64,000 nt of DNA from Caldisericia bacterium (GTDB lineage Bacteria > Caldisericota > Caldisericia > JAAYUI01), in assembly GCA_963674785.1 (NCBI GenBank), contig OY771555.1, positions 224,001 to 288,000 on the forward strand. The letters run 5' to 3'. The notes under the pieces were generated by a model, which saw nothing but the letters and a program-made list of their open reading frames with translations, searched no databases and was not told the origin of the DNA. Of this stretch, positions 1-7,826 are shown one piece after another. Position numbers and translations under genes: made by a program. The number at the start of each line of letters is the position of its first letter. Within the stretch, counting starts at the first letter, position 1.

Positions 1-2
1 CC

Positions 3-1853
3 AATCTCACCCCAAAAGAGCAAGAGATAATTGATGCCATAAAAAGCAACGACTCAAATATCAAACTGACTTCATTAAACATAAGACTTGGCAAGAAAAG
101 GATAAGCTACTCCCTTAGGAAACTTCTGACACTAGGAGTAATTCAGATTGAGCAGGTCTTAGAAACCCCAAAATTTTCCTTTGAGACGGTTTGGAAATTT
201 GATGGAGAACCCAAAGATGAAACTGAAGAGAAAATAAAAGAGATTATCCACCTGGCTACAAACAAGTCTGAGATTCATATTCTTTCAGGGGCATCAACAT
301 ATAAAATAAACAAGCTCATAAAAGAAGGCAAGATAATATCTGCAACCAAAAAACCAACACCTGCAAAAAAAGGTCTTGAGAAATTTGGTTTTTCGGTAAA
401 CTACATTTCACAGGCTTCACCATCAAAAAGAACCGAAGAGTATATAAGGATTTCAAATCAGCTTGTCGCGGAAAATAGATCGATCGTTATTATCTGTTCA
501 AACATCCATGCTTGTAGAAAACTGTTCGAGGATTTAAAAGGAAAGGTTTCAAATCTTCATCTTGCAATCGGTGGACTTGGTATTCGTGAAGCTACAAAGC
601 TTTCTGAATCAGTTAGAGCAAAAGAGCAGATGGTTATAATTGGCATGCAGACAGCACTTCTTTTGCCAGTTCCAAATCTCTCACAGATAATCGTTGATGA
701 GCCTCTCTCACCATACATGGACATCACACAACCCCATACACTTCACCTCGGAAACCTTGCCAAAATCAGAGCCAAGATTTCAGAATGTCCCCTCTCATTC
801 TACAGTTCACCAGTTATGCTCGAATCAAATATTGAAGGATCTCAAGAACTAGATGATCTTGATGTTGAACTTGTAAACATGGTCTATGAACCAACAGCGT
901 TCGAGCAACCACTGCTATCTGGAGCATCAGCTTCAGCTGTAAAAAAAGAACTCGAGGGTGATGGACAAATCATCGTTTATCTCAACAGAAAAGGTTTTTC
1001 GAGTTTTGTTTTTTGCAGTGAATGCAATGAGGTTCTCAGATGTCCAAAGTGCAAAATCCCTCTTACGTATTCCAAAAACAACTATGAAGTCAGGTGTAGA
1101 TATTGCGGATTTCAATCAAAAGCACCTGACCTCTGTCCCTCTTGTGGAGGAGTTTCAATCAGGTACAAAGCAGGAGGGATTGAAAAACTACAGATTGAAC
1201 TTAGTAACCATTTTAAAAACATGAAGGTTTTGAGAGCAGACGGTGACACCAAAGAATCAGCAAAAAACATATCTGATTTCAACAATGGAGATTGCAGAAT
1301 CCTTATTGGGACATCAATGATTCTCGATAGAGTGGATTTTGAAAAGGCTGGTCTTGTGTTGGTTGCGTCTCTTGATGGCTTGCTTTCAATGCCTATCTAC
1401 TCAGCCTCCCATAAGGCATATTCGACCCTTGCAACCATAAGAGAAAAAACGGCCGGAAGGGTAATGTTTCAAACATATCTACCTCTGCATCCCTTGATAA
1501 AAGCAATCGCCACAAAGAAGCTTGGTGAGTTTCTTGAAAATGAAAAACAGGAGCGAGAAGATGCTCTCTATCCACCATTTTCGCAATTACTGTTTTTTCA
1601 CGTGATTTCAAAAAAAGAGACCACTGCAAAAAAGGATGCAGAAATGGTTACCTCAAAGCTACTTGAAATCCTTGATGAAGAAAGTGTTTCAAGTCCAAAC
1701 AAAGGCTATTTCCACAGGTTGAAAGGGGAATACAGGTGGGATATAATGGTCAAAACAAGTGAGCTTAACAAATATCTCGCATCTCTTCGAAAACTGTTTT
1801 TCGAACTTAAAGAAAGCGGGGTAAGAGTGGAGATAACAAACCCAAACCTATGA
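3..1853 (+). CDS. priA: Primosomal protein N' (PriA), 5'-partial, with degenerate helicase motifs
   Basis: Frame is open from the window start. It has YLNRKGFS, four CxxC pairs (CSEC, CPKC, CRYC, CPSC) and C-terminal YPPF, and lies directly upstream of def. Confidence 0.9.
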   Translation, partial: NLTPKEQEIIDAIKSNDSNIKLTSLNIRLGKKRISYSLRKLLTLGVIQIEQVLETPKFSFETVWKFDGEPKDETEEKIKEIIHLATNKSEIHILSGASTYKINKLIKEGKIISATKKPTPAKKGLEKFGFSVNYISQASPSKRTEEYIRISNQLVAENRSIVIICSNIHACRKLFEDLKGKVSNLHLAIGGLGIREATKLSESVRAKEQMVIIGMQTALLLPVPNLSQIIVDEPLSPYMDITQPHTLHLGNLAKIRAKISECPLSFYSSPVMLESNIEGSQELDDLDVELVNMVYEPTAFEQPLLSGASASAVKKELEGDGQIIVYLNRKGFSSFVFCSECNEVLRCPKCKIPLTYSKNNYEVRCRYCGFQSKAPDLCPSCGGVSIRYKAGGIEKLQIELSNHFKNMKVLRADGDTKESAKNISDFNNGDCRILIGTSMILDRVDFEKAGLVLVASLDGLLSMPIYSASHKAYSTLATIREKTAGRVMFQTYLPLHPLIKAIATKKLGEFLENEKQEREDALYPPFSQLLFFHVISKKETTAKKDAEMVTSKLLEILDEESVSSPNKGYFHRLKGEYRWDIMVKTSELNKYLASLRKLFFELKESGVRVEITNPNL

Positions 1854-2380
1854 GAGAAGTAATCAAAGAGCCTGATAAGAGGCTGAGAAAAAAATCGAAA
1901 AGAATAACAAAGATAACTCCTGAAATTAGAAAACTTGCAAAAGATATGATTGAGACAATGAGAAATCCTGAAAGACCTGGAATTGGTCTTGCAGCACCTC
2001 AAGTTGGAGTTCTCCTCAGGCTAGTCACCATTGGAATTGGTGATGAAAACTTTGTACTCATCAACCCAGAAATCACCGATGTTAAACAGCCTGTTGAGTT
2101 TCAGGAAGGTTGTCTTTCAGTTCCTGGAGTTTATTCAAATGTTTCAAGGCCCAAGATTGTTTCATACACATACACCAATCTCAAAGGGAAGAAGGTTTGC
2201 GGATCTGATGATGGCGTTTTTGCACGCGTCATCCAACACGAAATCGACCATCTCGATGGAAAGTTATTCATCGACTACCTAACAGAAGACTCAAACATAG
2301 AACTCGAAGAGGGAGCAGAAGTCCCTAAATCACTTATCGAACGGCTCAAAAAGGAGAACGAAAATGATTGCAATTCTTGA
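1850..2380 (+). CDS. def: Peptide deformylase
   Basis: GIGLAAPQVG, EGCLS and QHEIDHLDG motifs; ATGA overlap with priA. Confidence 0.97.
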   Translation: MREVIKEPDKRLRKKSKRITKITPEIRKLAKDMIETMRNPERPGIGLAAPQVGVLLRLVTIGIGDENFVLINPEITDVKQPVEFQEGCLSVPGVYSNVSRPKIVSYTYTNLKGKKVCGSDDGVFARVIQHEIDHLDGKLFIDYLTEDSNIELEEGAEVPKSLIERLKKENENDCNS

Positions 2381-3878
2381 TTTTGGATCACAATACACAC
2401 AGCTTATCGCCCGAAGAGTTAGAGAAGCACATGTTTATTGCGAGGTTCTCCCATACTGGACAAAACCATCTGAGCTCGAATATACAGACGGAATAATCCT
2501 TTCTGGTTCTCCTCTCTCGCTTTCAAACAAATCAAGTGATCTTCCAGCTCCAAACCCAGAAATCTTTGAACTTGGAAAACCTGTTCTTGGGCTCTGTTAT
2601 GGAATGCAGCAGATTTCAAATATTTTTGGTGGAGAGGTCTCACGTGGAAAAGCCGCTGAATACGGCAGAACAGAAATCAAGCTGGATACAAACTCCCCAC
2701 TTTTTTCAGGTTTGACTGAAAACCTTGTTGTCTGGATGTCACATGGTGATTCCGTCTCAAAAACACCTGAAGGTTTTAAGGTTATCGCAGATACAGAAAG
2801 TTGCCCAATTGCAGCAGTTGAAAATGCTGATAAAAAAATCTATGGGCTTCAGTTTCATCCAGAGGTTTCACACACAGACAAAGGTTCAAGAATAATTGAG
2901 AACTTCTTGTTTGGAGTTTGCTCTTGTGAACAAACTTGGAAAATGAGTGCATTTGTCGATTCTAGTATCGAAAAAATCCGGGATCAAATCGGTAACGACG
3001 ACGTTATCGCCGGTGTTTCAGGTGGGGTTGACTCAGTTGTAACTGCCGTCCTTCTTCACAAAGCCATTGGCAAAAAACTCCATTCAATCTTCATCGACCA
3101 TGGTTTACTCCGAAGAAATGAACGTGAAGAGGTCGAAGCAGCCCTTACAAATCTTGGCCTTGAGCCACTTGTGGTTGATGCAAAGGACAGATTTTTACCC
3201 GCACTAAAAGGAATCACAGACCCCGAAGAAAAAAGGAAAATCATCGGAAAACTCTTCATTGAAGAGTTTGAAGCAGCAATCTCAAAATTCCCACAGTCAA
3301 AATGGCTTGCCCAGGGAACACTCTACCCAGACGTGATTGAATCATCTGGAGGAGTCTCAGGGCTTGCCGATAAAATCAAGAGCCACCACAATGTTGGTGG
3401 ACTTCCTGAAAAAATGAACCTGAAACTTCTCGAACCTATGAAAACGCTTTTCAAGGATGAGGTTCGCCATCTTGGTCGTGAGCTTGGAATCCCAAAATTC
3501 CTTGTAAACCGTCAGCCATTCCCAGGCCCTGGTCTTGCAATCAGAATTATTGGAGACATAACAGAAGAAAAACTCGACATTCTTGGCCGTGTTGACCTCA
3601 TTGTCCGAGAAGAAATCAACTCAGGGCAATCGAACCAGTTTTTTGCTGTTCTTCTGCCAGTCTTTAGCGTCGGTGTCAGAGGTGACGAGAGGGCTTATCA
3701 GATGGTTGCCGCCGTTCGAGCTGTTACAACCACAGACTTTATGACCGCTGAGTGGACAAAACTCCCATATGAAAAACTCGACCGCATCGCCACCCGCATC
3801 ACCGGAGAAGTTCCCGAGGTTGGCAGAGTTGTTTATGACATCAGCAACAAACCACCAGGGACTATTGAGTGGGAGTAA
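2364..3878 (+). CDS. guaA: GMP synthase (glutamine-hydrolysing)
   Basis: ILDFGSQYTQLIARR, GLCYG, QFHPEV, SGGVDS, KSHHNVGG and C-terminal KPPGTIEWE. Confidence 0.98.
   Translation: MIAILDFGSQYTQLIARRVREAHVYCEVLPYWTKPSELEYTDGIILSGSPLSLSNKSSDLPAPNPEIFELGKPVLGLCYGMQQISNIFGGEVSRGKAAEYGRTEIKLDTNSPLFSGLTENLVVWMSHGDSVSKTPEGFKVIADTESCPIAAVENADKKIYGLQFHPEVSHTDKGSRIIENFLFGVCSCEQTWKMSAFVDSSIEKIRDQIGNDDVIAGVSGGVDSVVTAVLLHKAIGKKLHSIFIDHGLLRRNEREEVEAALTNLGLEPLVVDAKDRFLPALKGITDPEEKRKIIGKLFIEEFEAAISKFPQSKWLAQGTLYPDVIESSGGVSGLADKIKSHHNVGGLPEKMNLKLLEPMKTLFKDEVRHLGRELGIPKFLVNRQPFPGPGLAIRIIGDITEEKLDILGRVDLIVREEINSGQSNQFFAVLLPVFSVGVRGDERAYQMVAAVRAVTTTDFMTAEWTKLPYEKLDRIATRITGEVPEVGRVVYDISNKPPGTIEWE
3864..3875 (+). 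repeat. Direct repeat copy 1 (att-like) ATTGAGTGGGAG
   Basis: Last four sense codons of guaA; exact match to 6649-6660. Confidence 0.7.
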
Positions 3879-3917
3879 AGCAATAAGAAACAAAAATGAT
3901 TGATCTGAGGAGATATC

Positions 3918-5591
3918 ATGGGGGAAATCAAAAAAAGAGAGTATAAGTATCAGCTTCCCGCAGATAATGGTAAGCCTGGAGATAGTTTCATAACTAACAC
4001 AAACTCTGTCGTAATTATTGGTGCAAATGGTTCAGGAAAAAGTAGGCTGGGAGCATGGATGGAGATAACGTATCCCAAAAGTGTATACAGGATCGGAGCA
4101 CAGAGATCACTACAATTCAAAGGCGAAATAACAACAAAAAGCTATGAAAAGGAGAAAGACACACTCTTTTATGGAAGTGTAGGAAGCATAACAAAAGAAA
4201 AAAGAGAACGTTTTGACTTTGATGGAAAAGATAGAAATCCGACATATACATTATTTAAAGATTTTGAAAATATTCTTTCATTGTTTATTGCCAAAAAAAA
4301 TAACGAAAATGAAGATTATATTTCTGAATGTAAAAAAAGAGACAATAAAAATCAACCTCGAAACCCAATTCCTTCTTCAGTCACTGATAGATTTATTAGG
4401 ATATGGAATGAAGTTTTTTCACATAGAGTTGTTTCTTTCTTTGACTCAAAAGTAACAACTACCTTTAATAACTCAGAAATAGATCAAATCAAATATAACG
4501 GAAACCAAATGAGCGATGGTGAAAAAACAGTTCTCTATCTGATTACACAATGCTTAGTGTTGCCAAATAATATTACAATTGTTATTGATGAGCCAGGATT
4601 ACACTTACACAAATCAATAATGAATAAACTTTGGAGTGCTGTTGAAAAAGAACGTCCAGACTGTTTATTTATCTACATTACACATGACACAAGATTTGCC
4701 GCGAATCACAGCTTTAGTGATAAAATCTGGGTGAAATCATATGATGGTAGCAAATGGGATTATGCAAAAATTGATGGAAATGAGCTGCCTGATGAACTGC
4801 TTCTTGATATTTTAGGAAACAGAAAAAAAGTTTTGTTTGTAGAAGGAAAAAAAGGTAGCTTAGACTACAGATTATACTCAGAGATTTACAGAGATTATTA
4901 CATAATTCCATGCGGAAGTTGTGAAAATGTAATCAGATACACAAAAGCAATAAGAAAAAATAATGACCTTCTACAAGACTTCGAATGTCAGGGTATAATA
5001 GATAGAGATTTTAAATCTGAAGGCGTAATAGAAAAATATAAGAAAGATGGGATTTACACACTCGAAGTAGCAGAAGTCGAAAACCTATTTATTGTTAAAG
5101 AAGTGCTAGAGTATGTAAACAAACATGAAAATTTCGAATCGACAGAGAATATTGAGAAATCTAAACAACAACTACTAAGTATTTTTTCATACAGAATAAA
5201 TGAGCAAATTGCAAAAGCAATCGTATCTGAAATAAAATATCGGCTATCTTCAATACCAATTCCTGAGAAAGAAACTGAACTTGAAAGTCAATTGGATGAC
5301 ATCAAAAATGCAATAGATTACGAGAATACCAAGAACTCAATAACAAGGAAATTTAAAGATATTGAAAATCTCAGAAAATATGATGAAATGCTTAAAGCTT
5401 TCAACAATAAATCCCTAGCAAAACTGATTGGAAAAAACTTTGGGAAAGACAACAATGATTATTGTGAATTCATAATCAGATCACTCAATGGTGATGATAG
5501 ACAAGAAGTCATCAACGCCCTCAAACCATACCTACCAGCCGAAATCCCAACTGATCCAAACAAGGAAGAGAATCTAGAGAACAGAAACTAA
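3918..5591 (+). CDS. ABC/AAA ATPase fused to a TOPRIM-like (DUF4435-type) domain; PARIS/OLD-like defence candidate
   Basis: Walker A GANGSGKS, signature MSDGEK, Walker B IVIDEP, H-loop ITHD. C-terminal LFVEG..SLD and IIDRD fit TOPRIM acidic motifs. Confidence 0.8.
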   Translation: MGEIKKREYKYQLPADNGKPGDSFITNTNSVVIIGANGSGKSRLGAWMEITYPKSVYRIGAQRSLQFKGEITTKSYEKEKDTLFYGSVGSITKEKRERFDFDGKDRNPTYTLFKDFENILSLFIAKKNNENEDYISECKKRDNKNQPRNPIPSSVTDRFIRIWNEVFSHRVVSFFDSKVTTTFNNSEIDQIKYNGNQMSDGEKTVLYLITQCLVLPNNITIVIDEPGLHLHKSIMNKLWSAVEKERPDCLFIYITHDTRFAANHSFSDKIWVKSYDGSKWDYAKIDGNELPDELLLDILGNRKKVLFVEGKKGSLDYRLYSEIYRDYYIIPCGSCENVIRYTKAIRKNNDLLQDFECQGIIDRDFKSEGVIEKYKKDGIYTLEVAEVENLFIVKEVLEYVNKHENFESTENIEKSKQQLLSIFSYRINEQIAKAIVSEIKYRLSSIPIPEKETELESQLDDIKNAIDYENTKNSITRKFKDIENLRKYDEMLKAFNNKSLAKLIGKNFGKDNNDYCEFIIRSLNGDDRQEVINALKPYLPAEIPTDPNKEENLENRN

Positions 5592-5692
5592 TGAAACTAG
5601 AAATCAACATGATCGTAAAAGACGCAAGAGAATCAGCTGATTTTAATGAAAACCTTTTGGAAGAGATTGAGGAATTTCAAAGCTTATCATAA
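5591..5692 (+). pseudogene. 33-aa ORF resembling the N-terminus of a VOC/glyoxalase (PhnB-like) protein
   Basis: MKLEINMIVKDARESADFNENLL..., read by hand; start overlaps the upstream stop (TAATG). Confidence 0.35.
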
Positions 5693-5736
5693 AAGTAGTC
5701 ATAATAGATGTTAACTTGATTGGAGACTGAGAAGAA

Positions 5737-6093
5737 GTGGGCATAGAAGAGATTGGTTGCTGTGGTGCTTATTGCGGAACATGTAAAGAGTTTATATCCA
5801 ATTTGTGTAAGGGTTGCAAGATTGGATATTCAAATGGTGAGCGTGATATAAACAGAGCAAAGTGTAAAATAAAAGTATGTTGTATCAAAAAAGGTTTTGC
5901 CAGTTGTGCGGATTGCAACGATTTAGAAACATGTGAGATTATCAACGACTTTTACAACAAAAAAAGTTACAAATACAAGAAGTATCATCAAGCGATTCAA
6001 TTCATTGTTGAAAATGGATATGAGGAATTCTTAAAAATATCTGATACATGGAAAAACGCTCATGGAAAATACCCTAAAAAGCAATCAAGCTGA
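5737..6093 (+). CDS. DUF3795-like Cys-rich protein
   Basis: GCCGAYCGTC, CKGC, CKIKVCC and CADC pattern. Confidence 0.8.
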   Translation: MGIEEIGCCGAYCGTCKEFISNLCKGCKIGYSNGERDINRAKCKIKVCCIKKGFASCADCNDLETCEIINDFYNKKSYKYKKYHQAIQFIVENGYEEFLKISDTWKNAHGKYPKKQSS

Positions 6094-6108
6094 AAGGAAG
6101 CAACTTAC

Positions 6109-6645
6109 ATGAAAATCGTAATCCTAAACGGTAGCCCAAGAAAAGGCAACACAAGAGACCTTTTGAAAGCATTTATGGATGGCGCAAAAGACGCTGAGAT
6201 AGATTATTACAATCTTCATGAAACAAAGGTTGCTCCTTGCGAGGCATGTAATTCCTGTACCGAATCAAAAGGCAAATGTAAACATAATGATGCTACTAAC
6301 GAGATTCTGAGCAATATTCACAATGCAAATGCGATCGTGTTTGGAAGTCCTGTTTATTGGTGGGGAGTGACGGCTCAACTTAAGGCTATGATTGACAAAA
6401 TGTACGCTTTCAACTATCAGAACTATCAGCTTCCACATAAAAGAGTTGGGCTAATCATGGTTGGAGGAATGGAAACGAATGCCGTCCAGTATCAATTGAT
6501 TTCTTCACAGTTCAAATGTATTTGTGAATTTTTGAACTGGGATTTCAGATTTAACGAGGCTTTTTGTGCGGATGTTGTAGGGGCAATCAAAAAAGATAAA
6601 GTTGCAACGGAAAAGGCAAAAGGCCTTTTTGAAAAATTACTGTAA
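6109..6645 (+). CDS. Iron-sulfur flavoprotein / flavodoxin-family NADPH-dependent FMN reductase
   Basis: GSPRKGNT, CEACNSC..C and SPVYW motifs. Confidence 0.9.
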   Translation: MKIVILNGSPRKGNTRDLLKAFMDGAKDAEIDYYNLHETKVAPCEACNSCTESKGKCKHNDATNEILSNIHNANAIVFGSPVYWWGVTAQLKAMIDKMYAFNYQNYQLPHKRVGLIMVGGMETNAVQYQLISSQFKCICEFLNWDFRFNEAFCADVVGAIKKDKVATEKAKGLFEKLL

Positions 6646-6648
6646 ATA

Positions 6649-6660
6649 ATTGAGTGGGAG
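6649..6660 (+). repeat. Direct repeat copy 2 (att-like) ATTGAGTGGGAG
   Basis: Exact match to the guaA 3' end at 3864-3875. Confidence 0.7.
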
Positions 6661-6674
6661 AAAACTCCCACTCA
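6651..6674. terminator. Hairpin between convergent genes
   Basis: TGAGTGGGAG-AAAA-CTCCCACTCA, a perfect 10-bp stem with no clear U-tract. Confidence 0.65.
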
Positions 6675-6688
6675 CGAAATCCTATATC

Positions 6689-6832
6689 CTACCTCTCAAG
6701 CTCAATTGCTGGGCTTGCGGAGATTGATCCGCTATCAACACTCACCCTTGAAAGACCAATCATCCTGAAGATTGTCATCATAACAACTGCCACAAAGATT
6801 ATCAAAATTGGATACATTACTGATCTTTTCAT
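6689..6832 (-). CDS. Small 47-aa single-TM protein (absent from the ORF track)
   Basis: MKRSVMYPILIIFVAVVMMTIFRMIGLSRVSVDSGSISASPAIELER; starts 2 nt after the polyferredoxin stop. Confidence 0.6.
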   Translation of the reverse strand: MKRSVMYPILIIFVAVVMMTIFRMIGLSRVSVDSGSISASPAIELER

Positions 6833-6834
6833 GA

Positions 6835-7698
6835 TTATTTCCAAGCCTTTCCTGCAAACTCGATATTGAGTGTGTTATCTACCGGGCAAACTGCAACACA
6901 CTTTCCACAAATGATACATCTATGAAGTTCGACCTTCCTTGAAGGTGTAAGGTTCATTGGGCAAACCTCATCACACTTTTTACAATCGATACACGATTTC
7001 TCGTTTCTTTTGACCTTTGTAAGAGATGCACAAGAAACAGCACCAATAGCACCACCAAGAGGACAAAGATAGTTGCAAAATGGTCTTTCAAAAAGAAGAG
7101 AGAGAACGAGAAGCGACATCATTATAATCCAAAGTGTGATTGTCCATTCGTGACCAAAATGAAGGAGTGCTCGATATGGGTCAACTTGAGTAAACACAAG
7201 GTAACCCTTTATTGTTGTCATCACAAGCAGGAATCCAAACACTAGGTATCTTCCCCAGGAAAGAATGGATGATAGCTTTTTTGATACTTTTATTTCTTTT
7301 TTAAAAACTAGTTTTCTGAGTTTGTAAATCCACTCTGATACAGAACCAAGAGGACAGAGATAGCTACAGAATCCACTTGAAAAAACAAGGATGATCATAA
7401 TTAAAACTCCAAGAAGGATGATGTCGTTGAAATCAACTCCGGCAACCAGTTTTCCTGAGGTCAAAAATGTAGGAAGTGTTTCAAGTCCACCGAAAGGACA
7501 ATAGCAATCAAGCGAGCCAGCCGAGTTTCCAGGCCATCCAAAACCTAGTCGACCATACATATGCGTCAAACTGACCATTGACATATATGCAAAAAACACG
7601 GCTTGGGTGATTGTTCTTGCAAGTTCGGAAACTCTGAGTTTACCAGCAAGAGTCTTTTTCTTTGATGAATCTTTGTTATATAGTTTTCTTTTTGCCAT
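6835..7698 (-). CDS. Membrane polyferredoxin (NapH/MauN-like 4Fe-4S binding protein)
   Basis: CPFGGLE, FCSYLCPLG, FCNYLCPLG and two CxxCxxCxxxCP clusters, plus TM helices. Start moved to MAKRK. Confidence 0.88.
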   Translation of the reverse strand: MAKRKLYNKDSSKKKTLAGKLRVSELARTITQAVFFAYMSMVSLTHMYGRLGFGWPGNSAGSLDCYCPFGGLETLPTFLTSGKLVAGVDFNDIILLGVLIMIILVFSSGFCSYLCPLGSVSEWIYKLRKLVFKKEIKVSKKLSSILSWGRYLVFGFLLVMTTIKGYLVFTQVDPYRALLHFGHEWTITLWIIMMSLLVLSLLFERPFCNYLCPLGGAIGAVSCASLTKVKRNEKSCIDCKKCDEVCPMNLTPSRKVELHRCIICGKCVAVCPVDNTLNIEFAGKAWK

Positions 7699-7705
7699 GT
7701 AGGCA

Positions 7706-7714
7706 ATTGTAGCA
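7706..7714 (-). promoter_or_regulatory. Extended -10 promoter (TGcTACAAT), leaderless
   Basis: 7 nt upstream of the ATG at 7698; no SD sequence. Confidence 0.6.
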
Positions 7715-7733
7715 TAAAAGTACAAAAGTAAAC

Positions 7734-7750
7734 AAACCCCCAGGGGGTAT
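7734..7750. promoter_or_regulatory. CsoR/RcnR-family-like operator palindrome
   Basis: AA-ACCCCC-A-GGGGGT-AT next to the -35 region of the polyferredoxin promoter. Confidence 0.5.
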
Positions 7751-7785
7751 ATTAGATCAGCGGGTTTAAAAGCTGCTGTATAAAT

Positions 7786-7811
7786 AAAAAGCGGGGAAGA
7801 AAACCTTCCCC
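7786..7811 (-). terminator. Rho-independent terminator
   Basis: GGGGAAG/CTTCCCC stem with an A-tract on the + strand (U-tract on -), just after the 7827 stop. Confidence 0.7.
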
Positions 7812-7826
7812 ACCAGTAAAAACTAC

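Larger units (their letters stand above)
3864..6660. mobile_element. Putative guaA-integrated genomic islet remnant (no integrase)
   Basis: Direct repeat ATTGAGTGGGAG at 3864-3875 (guaA 3' end) and 6649-6660. Cargo is AT-rich, and guaA is an established integration hotspot. Confidence 0.6.

Noticed and set aside
6654-6869. 71-aa + strand ORF
   Set aside because: It starts inside the hairpin and is antisense to a better-supported 47-aa TM ORF and the polyferredoxin end.
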